From Octopus sinensis (lineage: Eukaryota), in NCBI RefSeq assembly GCF_006345805.1, contig NC_043012.1, forward strand, positions 21,762,001 through 21,826,000: DNA of 64,000 nt, given 5' to 3'. Under the pieces are notes generated by a model. The model had not been told where the DNA came from, did not search any database, and saw only the letters and a program-made list of their open reading frames with translations. The stretch's first letter is position 1, and each line of letters starts with the position of its first letter. This document shows positions 37,709 to 50,989 of this stretch, piece after piece. A program made the translations under genes and the position numbers.

Positions 37709-38145
37709 GTGTCAATAAGTCCTCCCAAAACAAAGACAAACCATCTTCCCAAATATACTTCAATTGAATATTTTTCTAGCTTTGAAAATTGAGCGTTTAA
37801 GAAAATGTGGATAATAGGGAATTAGTAAGGGTGTTTTATTGTAAGGTTTTAATTACCCTTTAGTGTCAATTGAAGGTGGTTTCTGTTCGTATTACATTCT
37901 AAGTTCAGGATAAATAATATTGATATGAATCACTGCATTGTAATGCACAACTGCTGCATGGCTGTAATTTTTTGAAAATCCTATTTTATATCCATTCTGT
38001 ATATGCTTGAATGAAAATGATACTTCAAAACTTGATCATTTGTATACTATTAAAACTTGTACAGTTGGATGCTGTTCCTAATGCAAACAATAAGTGTTAG
38101 GTTTATCTTGGGAAGGTCATTTTGCCAATAATAAACACTGGTTAG

Positions 38146-38363
38146 AAGGCGGCGAGCTGGCAGAAACATTAGCATGCTGGGCAAAATGCTTAGTGGTATT
38201 TTGTCTATCTTTACATTCTGAGTTCAAATTCTGCCAAGGTTGACTTTGCCTTTCATCCTTTCGGGGTCGATAAGTTAAGTACCAGTTGTGTACTGGATTG
38301 ATCTAATCAACTGGCCCCCTCCCCCAAAATTTCGGACCTTGTGCCTAGAGTACAAAAAAGTAG
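38146..38363 (+). mobile_element. Full-length SINE family A (variant 3' end), 13-bp TSD
   Basis: TSD aaacactggttag at 38133-38145 and 38364-38376. Confidence 0.9.
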
Positions 38364-40569
38364 AAACACTGGTTAGCCAAGCAGGTTAAGGTTTGCTGAA
38401 GTACAAAAGCGATGTAACAAAGTTTGAATTATTTCTTAATGTACTCTTAATAAACCTTATTTTTGTTAGCATACACACAAATTAATTTGTTCCTATTCAT
38501 ACAGAATAAAAATGGCTACAATTGTTTTATCATCTTCAACATAACTTTTGTGAAATCCTTTGCAAATGGTTTTTAGGAAGGTCAGCCAATGAGAAAAATG
38601 TTTTCCATTAGATATTCAACATCTGTTAAACCAAAGTGCTCATGCTAGCTAGCATGAAAAATAGATGGTGGGGAACCCAGAAAATATTCCATTGAATGAA
38701 TAAAACTGCAGCAACATTATAATATTCCTGTAATCTTTAACTTATTTCTTTGTTAACTATTAAAATGACAGGAAGTATTTTTGAGACTGTTAGAAAACAA
38801 TGAAGAGTTTAACAATAATAAGGAAGACCTTTACTCCCCCCCCCCAGCAAAAAACACATAATATAAACAAGAAATTGTTTAGATTTGTTGAAACTTGTGT
38901 TAATGAAAACTGCAGATTGAAGTACATTTTTGTGTTTTGTAAAAACTTTTAGATTACAAAAGTAATTAGTGGTGATATAGCATAATTTTAAAGCAAGATA
39001 CTTTTTATTCAATGAAAACTTACGAGTGATTTAGTACTGAAAATGCTGTGTATGAACTGTTTCTGATGGCTCTTGATAAACTATCTAAGCAAGTTTATGT
39101 ATTACAACTTGCTGTCTTTGACATAGAAAGCTAATTTCTTTTATGTGTCAGTGTTGTACCCTTTTATTGTATGCGTGTAGACAATTAAATTCATTGTGAA
39201 AATTACTCTGTCACTTGTTTAACAAATACAGTAAAAATTGTTATGCTGGTTGTATGAAGTTCTTAAGAAGCAGATTCTGTAATGTAGACTAAATTCGTGG
39301 TTAAGACAAGTGTGAATTTAAACCATAGACAATACCTAGGAATGGGATGGCCTCCACTTGAATGACTTCTGTTTTTCTGTTACATAGACATTACATGAAT
39401 TGATGATTAAACCATACCCATTCAGGGTTATGGAACATTTTTGTTGCAGAACAGATCTATTTTTGTTACTAAACATCAGTTGTCTTCTGGTTTTCTGCAA
39501 TGAAAGTAGGTAGAGACTTCTTTCTTGTAAACTATGTATAAAGTTGGTGCTAATACCATGTAACATAACCCCGTTCTTTGATTTATTTGTCCTGTGATTG
39601 CTATTACTTTACCTTTAAATCAGAATGTATCTTCTAAAATATTGGAAGCATAAAATATTACCAAAAAAAAAAAAAGAAGTGCAAAAATATTTCAGTGTAT
39701 AACTCATTCTAGCATGGAAAATAGACATAAGACAAAAATATTTCCTTTCTCTATGATTTTAGCTTTTTGGTTTTCACTTATTCTTTTACCTCTGCGAATA
39801 TGAACATTTACATTTAGACAGAAGAGAAATAAAAACAAAAACAAAAACAAAAAACGAATTACCTTTGAAATATTTATTACTCACAATGTTAGTTTTATGC
39901 TTGTAATAGGAAATTCTTTACTATATCTGGAAATGTACTCATGCATTCACCTAACATAGGAGAGGTTTATTGGAGCATAATGTTTCAGAACAGCTGTTCA
40001 TAAATAGATTGGAAATATCTACACCTTTGCTTTGTTGGAAGGTTCTCATATCACTACAATAATTAGATCTTTGCCCAGTTTATTGGGGAAAGTGTTTTTA
40101 AATTATGCTGTTTTTCTTTTAATTGATTACTCTTGTGCTATTTATTGTTCATCATTCTCTCTCTTTCTCTTTCTAAATATGTGCGTGTATTATTTACTTT
40201 ATATATCTATATAAATGTCTGAGATAAATTATTGTTAATGCAATTATCAACTTTTTTGGATTATTAACCTCATCTTTAGAGAGGGAACATTTGTTTAAAT
40301 ATTTACACAATGTTTCAATCAGTTTGGTCAGTGATCATTATCAAATATCTTGTTCCTGATTATGCACATAGTACCAGACAGAAGTCAAATTTGGATTTTT
40401 TATTCCTAAATTAATGGCAGTATTGCTCTTGACCAGTCAGTATACTACTATTATATACCAAATATTTGTTTTGGGCATTTTTACAGGTCTGTATTGAGCT
40501 CCCTGTTCTGTGTGTGTCTGTGTAGTTTAGCCCAACAACACCATATGAATCTGAAGGACTAAAAATAAA

Positions 40570-41082
40570 TCTATATATATAAAACTGTAGTTGTGTGAGT
40601 GTCTGTCCCCTTCGATTTAGATTCCTAACTACTCCCACATTTTGTGATGCAGTTTAACCAAATTCGGGTATCTTATAGTCGTGATTCATATCGAGCCTGT
40701 CTGGGTATTAGCGCGCGTCTACGATGAGTCTACGATTTTAAAAATAATTTAACATCATTTTTTATTCCATTTTAATGCATAATTTTTCGTGTGTCGATGG
40801 CAGCGGAGTTGGCGTCCACGCTCACATCTGCACCTGTTTGTTTCTCCCCCTTCTTCCCTCCCTCATGAAGATGTGGGGAAGGGAGTGTAAGGAAATCAAC
40901 GTCGTAAAGCGTTGTCAAGGAGACCAGCGTTCTTTTAGAACAACGACTTCATGGCTTGAAGACACCAAAACAGAAATGGCTAAGAAAGCCCTAATTGGCA
41001 TCTATAAGGGAAGTAACTCTCTAAAAATGCTTATATAGTTATTTCCCTTACAAACCCGAGCAACGCCGGGCGATACTGCTAG
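40570..41082 (+). mobile_element. Short non-autonomous Helitron, complete
   Basis: A|TCTATATATATAAAA 5' end; cccgagcaacgccggg hairpin followed by cgatactgCTAG|T at the 3' end; no TSD. Confidence 0.88.
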
Positions 41083-41954
41083 TATTATATATTTGCTTTA
41101 GGCTGGCTCATCATTAACAACATATTTTATGCACAACAGTTCAGTGTGTATCTGAAAAGAACTGAAAATAAATTTAAATATTTAAAAGCCTTAATTGTGA
41201 GATGAAATTATAAGATTGGTAACACACACATTACACTTTTTTAAGTGCTTTAAAAAACGAAAAAGAGGAGAGATTCCTGATGGACTGTTTTGAATTTTAT
41301 TGGCTACTCATCAGAGGAACCATACCCAATTTCTTTCTTTTTCTTTCCTTAACTCAAAGCATAGACTGTTTCTGTACACATAAACTCCTCCCCCAACACA
41401 CACACACACATTTCTGGCATTCAGAGGCATGGTGCTAGAGTAATCAGTCTTGCATGACTGGATTGGCCAGGCAAGATGGTGCCTGTAGGTGGTGGAGTCA
41501 AGGCATGGATGGGAATTGCAGACACTAGTTTGGGTGAAACCAAGCATGGATGTAGATAGATCTCAGTAGTGATAGCAAGCATTTTAATGAGAATTTCAAA
41601 GAATAGGACAGGAATTGAGCAAAGAAGCAGCTATTTATTTCAGTATGTGGTATAATTTTATTTTCAAGCACCTCTTCATATTAGCTGTACTTATGTACCA
41701 CTATGAATGTGTTGTGTGTGTATACATACACACACACATATTGGTTATCAGATCAAGGAATTTCTTGGCATTCCTAACAAGCATCTTCCATTCATCTGTC
41801 ATCCATGACATTTTTACACTCTTGGCTAGTACATCCAGTGTCATCTAACGATTGATGTAGTGTTTTTTACTACCTCTTCCCTATTTACCATGAGTTAAGG
41901 TCCAGTCACTAACTCCTCCTTCTTATACCAGCTGTGATCAACATAAAAACATCC

Positions 41955-42930
41955 ATCCAATGTCTATTTTCCATGCTGGAATGGTTGGACAGTTGGTTGA
42001 ACTGGATCCGACAAGTTGCACGGTTCGACCGGGGTCTGGAAAGCCAGGAGGCTGCACCAGGCTCCAGTCTGATCTGGCAGTTTTTCTACAGCTGGATGTC
42101 CTTCCTAATGCCAGCCACTCCGTGAGTGTAGTGGGTGCTTTTTACATGCCAGTGGCATAGGGGCCAGAGGAGGCTGGCAGCGGCCGCGATTGGTTGGTGC
42201 TTTTTACATGCCACCAGCATGGTAGCCAGCCAAGGCGGCGCTGGCATTGGCCATGTTCGGGTGGTGCTTTTACGTGCCACCAGCACGGGTATCACAACAA
42301 CAATTTCCATTTGATTTTTATTTTGATGTTGGTGTAGTTGACTCAATAGATCTCCTCAAACACAGCAGGTCGCCCCATGATCCAAGGTAAGCGCAGCAGG
42401 CCATCCTGCAATCCAAGGTACTTTGAATGGGCTGGGGCTGGTTGTGTGAAGCTGGTGTAGGATACAGCCATGAACTCACTTTATTCGTCGAGTCTTTGCA
42501 GTCACAGCATATCTCCAGAGGTCCTGGTCTTTTGTCATTGCCTCTGTGAGGCCCAACGTTTGAAGGTCATGCTTGACCACCTCATCCCATGTCTATATAT
42601 ATCACCTTTGGCACCATCATTTAACATCCTCCTTCTGTGCTGGCATGGGTTGGACAGCTTGGCTGGAGCTGGCCAGGTAGGAGCCTCCATCGTGCTCCTG
42701 TGTCTGTTTTGGCATGGTTCTTTACAGCTGGAGGCCCTTCTTAACACCAACCACTCTGCAATGTGGGCTGAGTGCTTTTACGTGGCATGTGCACAGGTGA
42801 TGTCAGTTTTGGTATGTTTTTAACAGCTGGATTCCCTTCCAAATGTCAACCACTTTACAGTCTTGACTGGGTGCTTTATAAGTGACACCTGCCCTGGCAG
42901 GGTCGCCATGTAATTTTGCAAGACAAGGAG
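41955..42930 (-). mobile_element. RTE LINE 3' fragments (two adjacent)
   Basis: 3' UTR with three tandem units and the coding end (WDEVVKHDL-TLGLTEAMT) at 41955-42590; a second, older 3' UTR at 42610-42930. Confidence 0.8.
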
Positions 42931-43619
42931 TCTTTGAGATGGGAGGGGGCATATATGAGTGAGTGGACAAAAGAAAGAAGGGCACTCAACACATTTAGTA
43001 AGAGTTACCTGTATCATTTAAAACAGTTTGATTTGGTTAACACCTTCAGGCTTCTGGAATGCCAAAATAAAGGGATCCAGGATGACTAAGATGGCTACTG
43101 GAAGGTAAGCTGCTATTGGTCAAGGAGAGTCACATGGTGATGTAGTAAATAATGTTAATTTATTAATGACATTTTCATCAAAAAAGGGAGTGTCTTTGGA
43201 CCACATGATTGAATAGGAAACTGGCAGTGTCTGGATATGTATGTTATTGGTTGTATAGGTGTACATGTGTGTGTGTGTGCATGTTTGTGTTTGCTAGTGT
43301 TCTAGTTGGTATGTTGATTGCTTTTATGTTGATATGTATTATTGGTTGTGTGTGTGCTGGTGCCTGCACATATGCGTGTGCAGTCGGATGATTAGAGGCC
43401 TGAGTATGTGTGTGTATGCATGCATGTTAGTGTAGTGTGTGGGCATGTTAGTATTATATGGGGTGTATGTACGTGCACGTGTGTGTGGGCATGTGTGAGG
43501 GGTGTGCATGCATGTAGATGCTTGTGTGTGTGTTCATATGTGCTTGCTTCTGTGTGTATGTTTTGTATATGGAAGCAGAATTAGGGGTTTGGAGGTGATG
43601 CACATGGCTGTAGAGGGTC

Positions 43620-44712
43620 AGACTATACGGACGTTGGTGGTTGGTGACCCTGTTCTTGGAGGTTGGTAATGCTGAGCTTGGTGCAGCCAGTGCAGGAGAG
43701 CAACTGATGCGAAGGTGGTATGTTCGGATTGTCAGCAGCCAGTAGTTTCAAGTTCACCTCGAGAGTATACCTCTGCTGACAACAACAGGACAGTTTGCAT
43801 TTCCTGTTATTAGATATTGCAAGTTGATGATAGAGGATGTGCAATCTTTCATGAAGGTAAAGCTGACAATTATGGGCACTGGGTGAATAAGTAATGCTGG
43901 GTGGTTCATTCTGGAGACAAAAAAGTGGAATTCTCTGTCCCTGGTTCTGAGTGAGTGCATGTGCTGAGTGAATCTTCCCTTGAAATTGCTGGCTGTCATG
44001 CCCATGTAGTTAGTGTCTTGTGATGCCATCAGGTGGTGTGAGAGTGGCTCTGTAGACTACAGTCCTTGAGGTTGGATCCTCCTAGAGAGCAGCTTGTAAG
44101 GCTTCAATGGTTGGAGTTGGGAGTTGTGTGGGTGTATGTTTGTGTCTATTATAGCATACAATATTAGATACAATGTTCTCTAAGGTGTAGTAGCTCACCC
44201 TGATGTTATATGGGTTAAAGGGCTTGTAGTACTTGTGGCTCTGGGAAAATGCCTCTTAATTAACAATAGGAAGTTCCTAGCGATATTAGTGAAAACTTCT
44301 AGGTTGCATGGAGGATTGAACCAGATTGCTTTTCCCTTTCTCATTCTCTTGGGGTGCAGAGAGGGTGCTTGGGGTCCTCCATATATGTAAGCTTCTTGGT
44401 GAACCTACTCATAGCCAAAGCATCATTGTAGTGGTGGTGGGGCCCTGTTAAAGATCTCACTATTGGCCAAGAACTTGGATACTCTTCTACTAACACTTGA
44501 GATAAGGTTTCTAATTATAGCAGGTGGGGATGATGGTTTGACCTCCTGTGGATGTATACAGTTTCCTTGTTGGGTTTCCTGTAAGGGTAGTACTTACATT
44601 CAGGTTGAAGGTTACATACAAGATATCGACTGATCAGGTTGGTGATAAGCGTTATGAACAGGCTGAATTCTTCGAATATTTTTATTAAGTCCTTCCTGAA
44701 CTTGTCCATGGC
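43620..44712 (-). mobile_element. Penelope-like element relic (RT thumb plus GIY-YIG)
   Basis: KDLIKIFEEFSLFIT...YYPYRKPNKETVYIHRRSNHHP...IWFNPPCN...VSYY...YMGMTASNFKGRFTQHMHS...NCQLYLHE; frameshifted. Confidence 0.85.
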
Positions 44713-45456
44713 ATGGCTGTTTATATGACTTCAGATTGCCACACATGCCCGCACACATATATACACATATGCTTGCGCCCATGCACACAGGTACATGTAT
44801 AAACATACACCCACACACGTGCATGCTCTCTCCCCATATACATACTAACACATCCACACATACCATTTAAGTTTAATCAGCCGTAACCTTTTCTAATTTA
44901 CATTATGAAAAAATTTTGCACAACAAATTTTTTGCATATATTGACTACTAAATATCAGAGAGAACTTAAGTTATAACCATTTGTATGTGTGTGTGTCCAT
45001 ATTTTCTACTTGTATTCAGTGTAAAATATTTTCCATATGTTTTATTGAAAAGTAATTTTTCAGAACACTATCCAATTATAAAATGTTCATTCACATATAC
45101 TGAAGAAAATATCTAGTTCTATGGTATTTAGTGGTTTTGTTAGTTTTATAAAGTACAAAGCTCTAATTTATATCCACTTTTCCATGGTTGTATGAGTCCG
45201 ACTCCCTTCTGTTACTAACCCTCACTCATTTCCAAAAATAAACTTGGCAGGATAATACTTTGAAACCTTAGTATTTAGAATTGCATTCGGTTTGCTTTTA
45301 ATGTACATCCAAGAGATTCATCAGAGCCCTAGCCAATCCATTCTTCATTATATAAACTGAATCATTGCTTCTTTCTTGAACACTGTATATACTTTAGTTG
45401 TATTTGTTGAGAAAGGGGAGTTACGGAATATTTCCTGAATAGAGAGGAGGATAATA

Positions 45457-46366
45457 CGAGGTATCAAAAGGTTCCTGGACCAGTTATGTTTGATAAAGCA
45501 TAACTTAACTTACCTAAGTTTTAACATCATCTCTTTTCGAAACAGTCACCTTGCGCAACAATATACCGGCCCCAGTGTTCCTGCCACTTTTGGAATCTGG
45601 CCTGGAAGTCGTCTTTTGTAAGCAAGTTGAGACCCTTCTGCAATTCACTCTGGATCTTGACTGTAGTATTAAAATGATGACCTTTGAGCTACATTTTCAT
45701 CTTGGGGAAGAGATGTAAGTCTGCAGGTGATAAATCTGGTGAATAGAGTGGATGCAGAAGTGATACCATGTTGTTTTTGGCTCACGAGTGAGGAGAGTTT
45801 GGTGACAAGGTGCATTGTCATCATGAAGAGCCCAGTTCTTTGCATTCCGCAGCTCCAGTCACTTTCACTGAATGTCGTCCCTCAAATGCTTCAAAATGAT
45901 GCAGTATAACTTTCAATTGACGGTTTGGTTCTTGGGGATGAATTCTTGATGCACAATACCACATTTCTGAGGTGACACTTGTGGTTGGCCTTCCAGGGAC
46001 GTTTTTCCGCTTTTGAAACACCCATACCACTTGAAGCATTGCGTACGATCCATTTCCTCTTTGCCATAAGCTTGTTAAAGCATGCTCAATGTCTCTGCAG
46101 CAGCAGACTTCTCAAGTTTAACACAAAATTTCACATTGGCTCCTTGTTCCTGTCCATGATAAAATCACAGACTACAGCATACACATGATCACAAAAAAAC
46201 CCCAAAAAAACAAACAAATTCCACAACTTGTGAAATAAACACAGCGATGTCACTCAGCATACTGCTTCATGAAAGTCTTTGCTAGTTCTCACTGTGCACA
46301 CAAATGTGTGCTGCCATCTGTTGGTGCACTACAGAACTCGTCCGAAATCTTTTTGATGTCACCTTG
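45457..46366 (-). mobile_element. Mariner (Tc1/mariner) deletion derivative
   Basis: TA-flanked TIRs cgaggtatcaaaaggttcctggac / gtccgaaatctttttgatgtcaccttg. The minus strand encodes LHDDNAP and LFPKMK-LKGHHF...IQSE...FQKWQEHW...QGDCFE. Confidence 0.88.
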
Positions 46367-47182
46367 TAGGTGAATCTGGGCAGTGAGAGAAATTCATATT
46401 GTTGTAGTGATTCTTTGTGTATCGGTAGAGGAAAGAGATGAATTTTTGCAAACCATATTTACCACACAGGTGATATTGAGAAGGTTACCAGAAGAATGCC
46501 TACTCATTCTCTATCTGTCTCTCTCCTTCTCACACTCACATGCTCTCTCTCTCTCATACCTTTTCTTAATTCAGATTTTTCCTTCCATCTGTTATACATT
46601 ATTACATAATGGTAATTCTAACAATTCTGAAGTGGTATTAAAAATTAAGTCAGAATTTTGTGTGTGTGTGTGTGTGTGTGAATGAGTGTTTGGGTATGTG
46701 TGTACCTGTGTGTATTTATATTTGTTTTATGTAAGCGCTCTTCCTTTTGACAGTAGAGGAATAAATAACATGTAATATATAGTACTGGAAGTAAAACTGT
46801 GATGATTTATTAGTGGTGGTTACAATCATGCTCATATCATGACAATGATGATAGTAGTTGATATAGTCATACTACACTTACAGCAGTATTTTTTTTAATG
46901 CTGACAGAAAGTTATGTTATCAGAGGCAGCATCAGTATTTCTCAAAGATAGAGGAGATATTACAAAACATAGGAAAAGTTTCTGTCAGATGTAAACCACA
47001 AATGCTCCTAAAGCTAGGAGGGATAGATATCATTAAGCTGGTGTCATTTGTACTATTGACTAATACATTGGCAAGTTCACGATTGAGCCAATTTTGTCAG
47101 ATTTTCTGTTTTAGTGTGAACTGTTTCTTTTGTGTTTTTAGGAAAAGAGTATGACTTCAACAGTTTCTCATTCTCTGTAACC

Positions 47183-47751
47183 TAGGGGTTGGCAAACTGG
47201 GGTAAATTACCCCAATTGGGTAAAAATTAAATTCTGTCAACTATCCTACCCATGCATGTATGGAAGATGGATGTTAAATGATGATGATGTTTGTTGTGAC
47301 CAAAATTTTCTTCTGGCATGAGGAGACAGTCAAAAAAGTTGCTGCCTTTTGCAACAACCTACCTTTGCAAACAAGAATTTTCCACTCTAATGAACATAAA
47401 AACAAAGAATAGTAATCGATTGGACCCTGGAGACTGTATACAAATTGCTTTGACATCAGATAACCCAATTTTGATGTAATTGTAACAAAAATGAAGCCAC
47501 ATCATTTTTCCAAAACCTGAAGTGAAAAGTTTCTAGAAAAATCTTTTTGTTTCATAATGAGGATATTAATCTGTTTTATTGCATTTGTTTTATACATTTT
47601 ATATTTATGATTGTATTATTCATATAAATAGATTCAATAAACCTTTTGAATTCAAAGAATCTATGATTTTCTTCCTTTCAAATCAAGGGGGTAATGTCGG
47701 CATAGATAAATATATTTTGGTGTAATTAGTTAAACAAGTTCCCCAACCCTG
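47183..47751 (+). mobile_element. hAT (Charlie/Buster-type) non-autonomous element
   Basis: TIRs taggggttggcaaac / gttccccaaccctg; 8-bp TSD ctgtaacc/ctgtaatc; internal LLPFATTYLCKQEFSTLMNIKTKNSNRLD (hAT C-terminal dimerisation domain). Confidence 0.88.
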
Positions 47752-47844
47752 CTGTAATCTATAAATTCCAGGCTTCATGTCTGTACATTGTAATATATGA
47801 ATCTTGATATTTGTTGCCATCTATAATTTCTTTCGTGTGTGTGT

Positions 47845-48190
47845 GCTTTGGTCATTGGATTGCAGCCATAGTGGGCTGCTACCTTAAACCTTAAAGAATT
47901 TCATTCAAACAAATCAACCTCGATACCTTTTTTTTTGAAAATCTGGTACTTATTCTATCAGTGTCTTTTACTGATCCACTAAGGTTTTGGGACATAAACA
48001 AACCAGCACTGATTATCAAGACATAAAACACGCACATATATACACTATAGGCTTCCATACAGTTTCCATCTATCAAAGCATTGCCTGGGCCTTTAGTAGA
48101 AGACATTTCCCTAAAGTTTTGTGCAATTGGACTGAATCTGAAAGCACATGGTTTGCAAAGTGAGCTTCTTAACACAGCCATGCCTGTGCC
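47845..48190 (-). mobile_element. Degenerate SINE family B
   Basis: Reverse complement head ggcacaggcatggctgtgttaagaagctcactttgcaaaccatgtg and the 3' body. Confidence 0.7.
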
Positions 48191-48191
48191 T

Positions 48192-48950
48192 ATCATCATC
48201 ATCTTCTTTTAACGTCCGTTTTCCATGCTAGCATGGGTTGGACGGTTCAACTGGGGTCTGGGAAGCCAGGAGGCTGCACCAAGCTCCAGTCTGATCTGGC
48301 AGTTTTTCTACAGCTGGATGCCCTTCCTAACGCCAACCACTCCGTGAGTGCAGTGGGTGCTTTTTACGTGCCACTGGCACAGGGGCCAGAGGAGGCTGGC
48401 AACGACCACGATTGGTTGGTGCTTTTTATGTGCCACCGGCACGGAAGCCAGTCAAAGCGGCACTGGCATCAGCCACATTTGGGTGGTGCTTTTTACGTGC
48501 CACCGGCACAGGTATCATAACTACAATTTTCCATTTGATTTTTATTTTGATGTTGATGTACTTGACTCAATAGGTCTCTTCAAGCACAGCAGTTCGCCCT
48601 ATGATCCAAAGTACTTTTGAATGGGCTGGGGCTGGTTATGTGAAACTGGTGTAGGATAAGCCATGAACTCACTTTATTTGACAGGTCTTTGCAGTCACAG
48701 CATATCTTCAGAGGTCTCGATCCTTTGTCACTGCCTCTGTGAGGCACAACGTTCGAAGGTCATGCTTGACCACCTCATCCCATGTCTTCCTGGGTCTACC
48801 TCTACCCCGGAATCCTTCAACTGTTTGGGAGTGACACTTCACACATCTCTCCTCATCCATCTGTAGTGCATGACCATACCAGCGCAAACGTCTCTCTTGC
48901 ATGCCACATCTGATGCTTCTTATGTCCTACATTTCTCTCAGGGCGCTTAC
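48192..48950 (-). mobile_element. RTE LINE 3' fragment
   Basis: MQERRLRWYGHALQMDEERCVKC...GRGRPRKTWDEVVKHDLRTL, plus a 3' UTR with three tandem units and a (GAT)n tail. Confidence 0.9.
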
Positions 48951-50314
48951 ACATATCTTGTTGATATTTATTAGCTGGGCTTACCTTATAACCAACTTTC
49001 ATATGTCCCACTATTGTGCTATCACCTGTGAAGTTCAACATTCTCTGATCTGTCATACCTCCTTTTTTTGAAGAACTTGCTTGGATTGGCTGTCATGCTT
49101 TGTGTACAGCTTCTCTTGCTATATTCTGAGTTGTTGACATCAGAAAACTAACAAAAGTATTGTCTATAATGTGATTTGAGTTTAGATCTTAGACTAAATA
49201 CTGCAAGGAGTTGGCCAGGACATATAGGAGGATGCTGTATTGCAACCCCATCTGCTAATGATACATTTAGACATGTTTCCATATACATACTGAACAAATC
49301 TTTAATTATTTAACTTAATAATAATCATCATCATCATAATAATAATAATAATAATCACAATAATCTGTGCTAGTCTATAATTAGAAATGTTGTGCTCAGA
49401 TTATTGATTATTGTATTATTGTATATTTTATTGTATATTATTTTATTATAGTATTGTATATTATTTTCATTGATCTTCATTTGATAATTGATATGCTGGA
49501 AGAAATTTTGGTTGCTATTTGGGATAGATATTACTTTCATAAGGTTATTAAAAAGTGACCATCTAATTAGATATTTAAAATTTTCCAGCTTTTGAAAGCT
49601 ATTAATGAAAATTTTCAATTTTGATTCTATTGACCAGAATTAGTAATAGAATTATTTATATTTCAATTTTAACGCAAAAGAAATCTTATTTAACTTGTTC
49701 TTCAAATGTAAACTGACATTGATAGGTTGGCTTAAGAACTATTATTACTGATTTCTTACTTAGGCCCAAGACATGAATTTATAGAAGATGGATGTTGCTA
49801 ATGGATTTGACAAACTTGCCACTTATATTATTAACCTCAGATTGATGATGAAAGAAATAACCCTAATGACATTCTAATTCAAAAAATATGGGCTAAACAA
49901 TGTAGAGATGACAGGAGCTGGTTGTTTTGCAGACTCATCCAACTCAGTCTAATCAAAATGTACACAAAACCAATGATGATGCTGAAAAGGTTAGCAACAA
50001 GAAACATTTAATTGATACTCTCTTGGTTCTATCGGTTTACTGTCCTTTTAAAAAAACGACTACAAATACTCTGATGAACTATACTATTAGCAAATTAGTT
50101 GCTAATTCAGTCATTATAGCCCTGTCTTTGAATGCGTGCGTGCATGCTTGCTCTCTCTCTCTCTCGCTCTCTCTTACACGCACTCTCTTTCTCTCACATA
50201 TAAAGACAAAAAGAGAAGATGATTATAACTGAATACCCTTAATTAGTAGGCCTGTTTGATCAAAACAGCATAGACAAGCAAACATTAACTGAATAATTAA
50301 TATCTTTGTGTATC

Positions 50315-50975
50315 TGTTCTCTTTTGCTTGCTTCAGCCATTGAACTGTAGCTATGCTGAAGCAATGACTTAAAGGGTTTATTTAGCTGAACAAATTGACA
50401 GTACTTATTTTTTAAAGTCTGGTACTTATTCTATTGATCTCCTTTGACAAACTGCTAAGTTATGGTGGGTGTAAGCAAACCAATACTGGTTGTCAAGTAT
50501 TGATAGGGGATAAACACAGACACATTCATATACATATATATTTCTTTATTACCCACAGGGGATAAACATAGAGTGGACAAACAAAGACAGACAAAGCGAT
50601 TAATTCGATAATATCGACCCCAGTGCCTAACTGGTAGTTATTTAATCGATCCCGAAAAGATGAAAGGCAAAGTTGACCTCAGTGGAGTTTGAACTCAGAA
50701 CGACGGCAGACTGCTAAGCATTTCGCCCGGCATGCTAATGTTTCTTCCAGCTCACCACCCTTCACATATATGTATACATACACAAATACATACACACATG
50801 CATGCATCTGTGTGTGTGTGTTTGTGTTGCCTTCTGCCATAATCACTCACAAGGTATTGGTCGCTCTGGAGCTACAGTAAAAAGACATGTACCCAGAGTG
50901 TTGTGCAGTGAGGCTGAACTCAAAACCATAGGCTTGCAAAGTGAGCTTCTTAATCACATAGCCATACCTGCACTA
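50315..50975 (-). mobile_element. Family B SINE interrupted by a family A SINE (50540-50762)
   Basis: B 3' part at 50315-50525, a full A copy on the minus strand, then the B head at 50840-50972. Confidence 0.7.
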
Positions 50976-50989
50976 ATAAAATTATTCTT

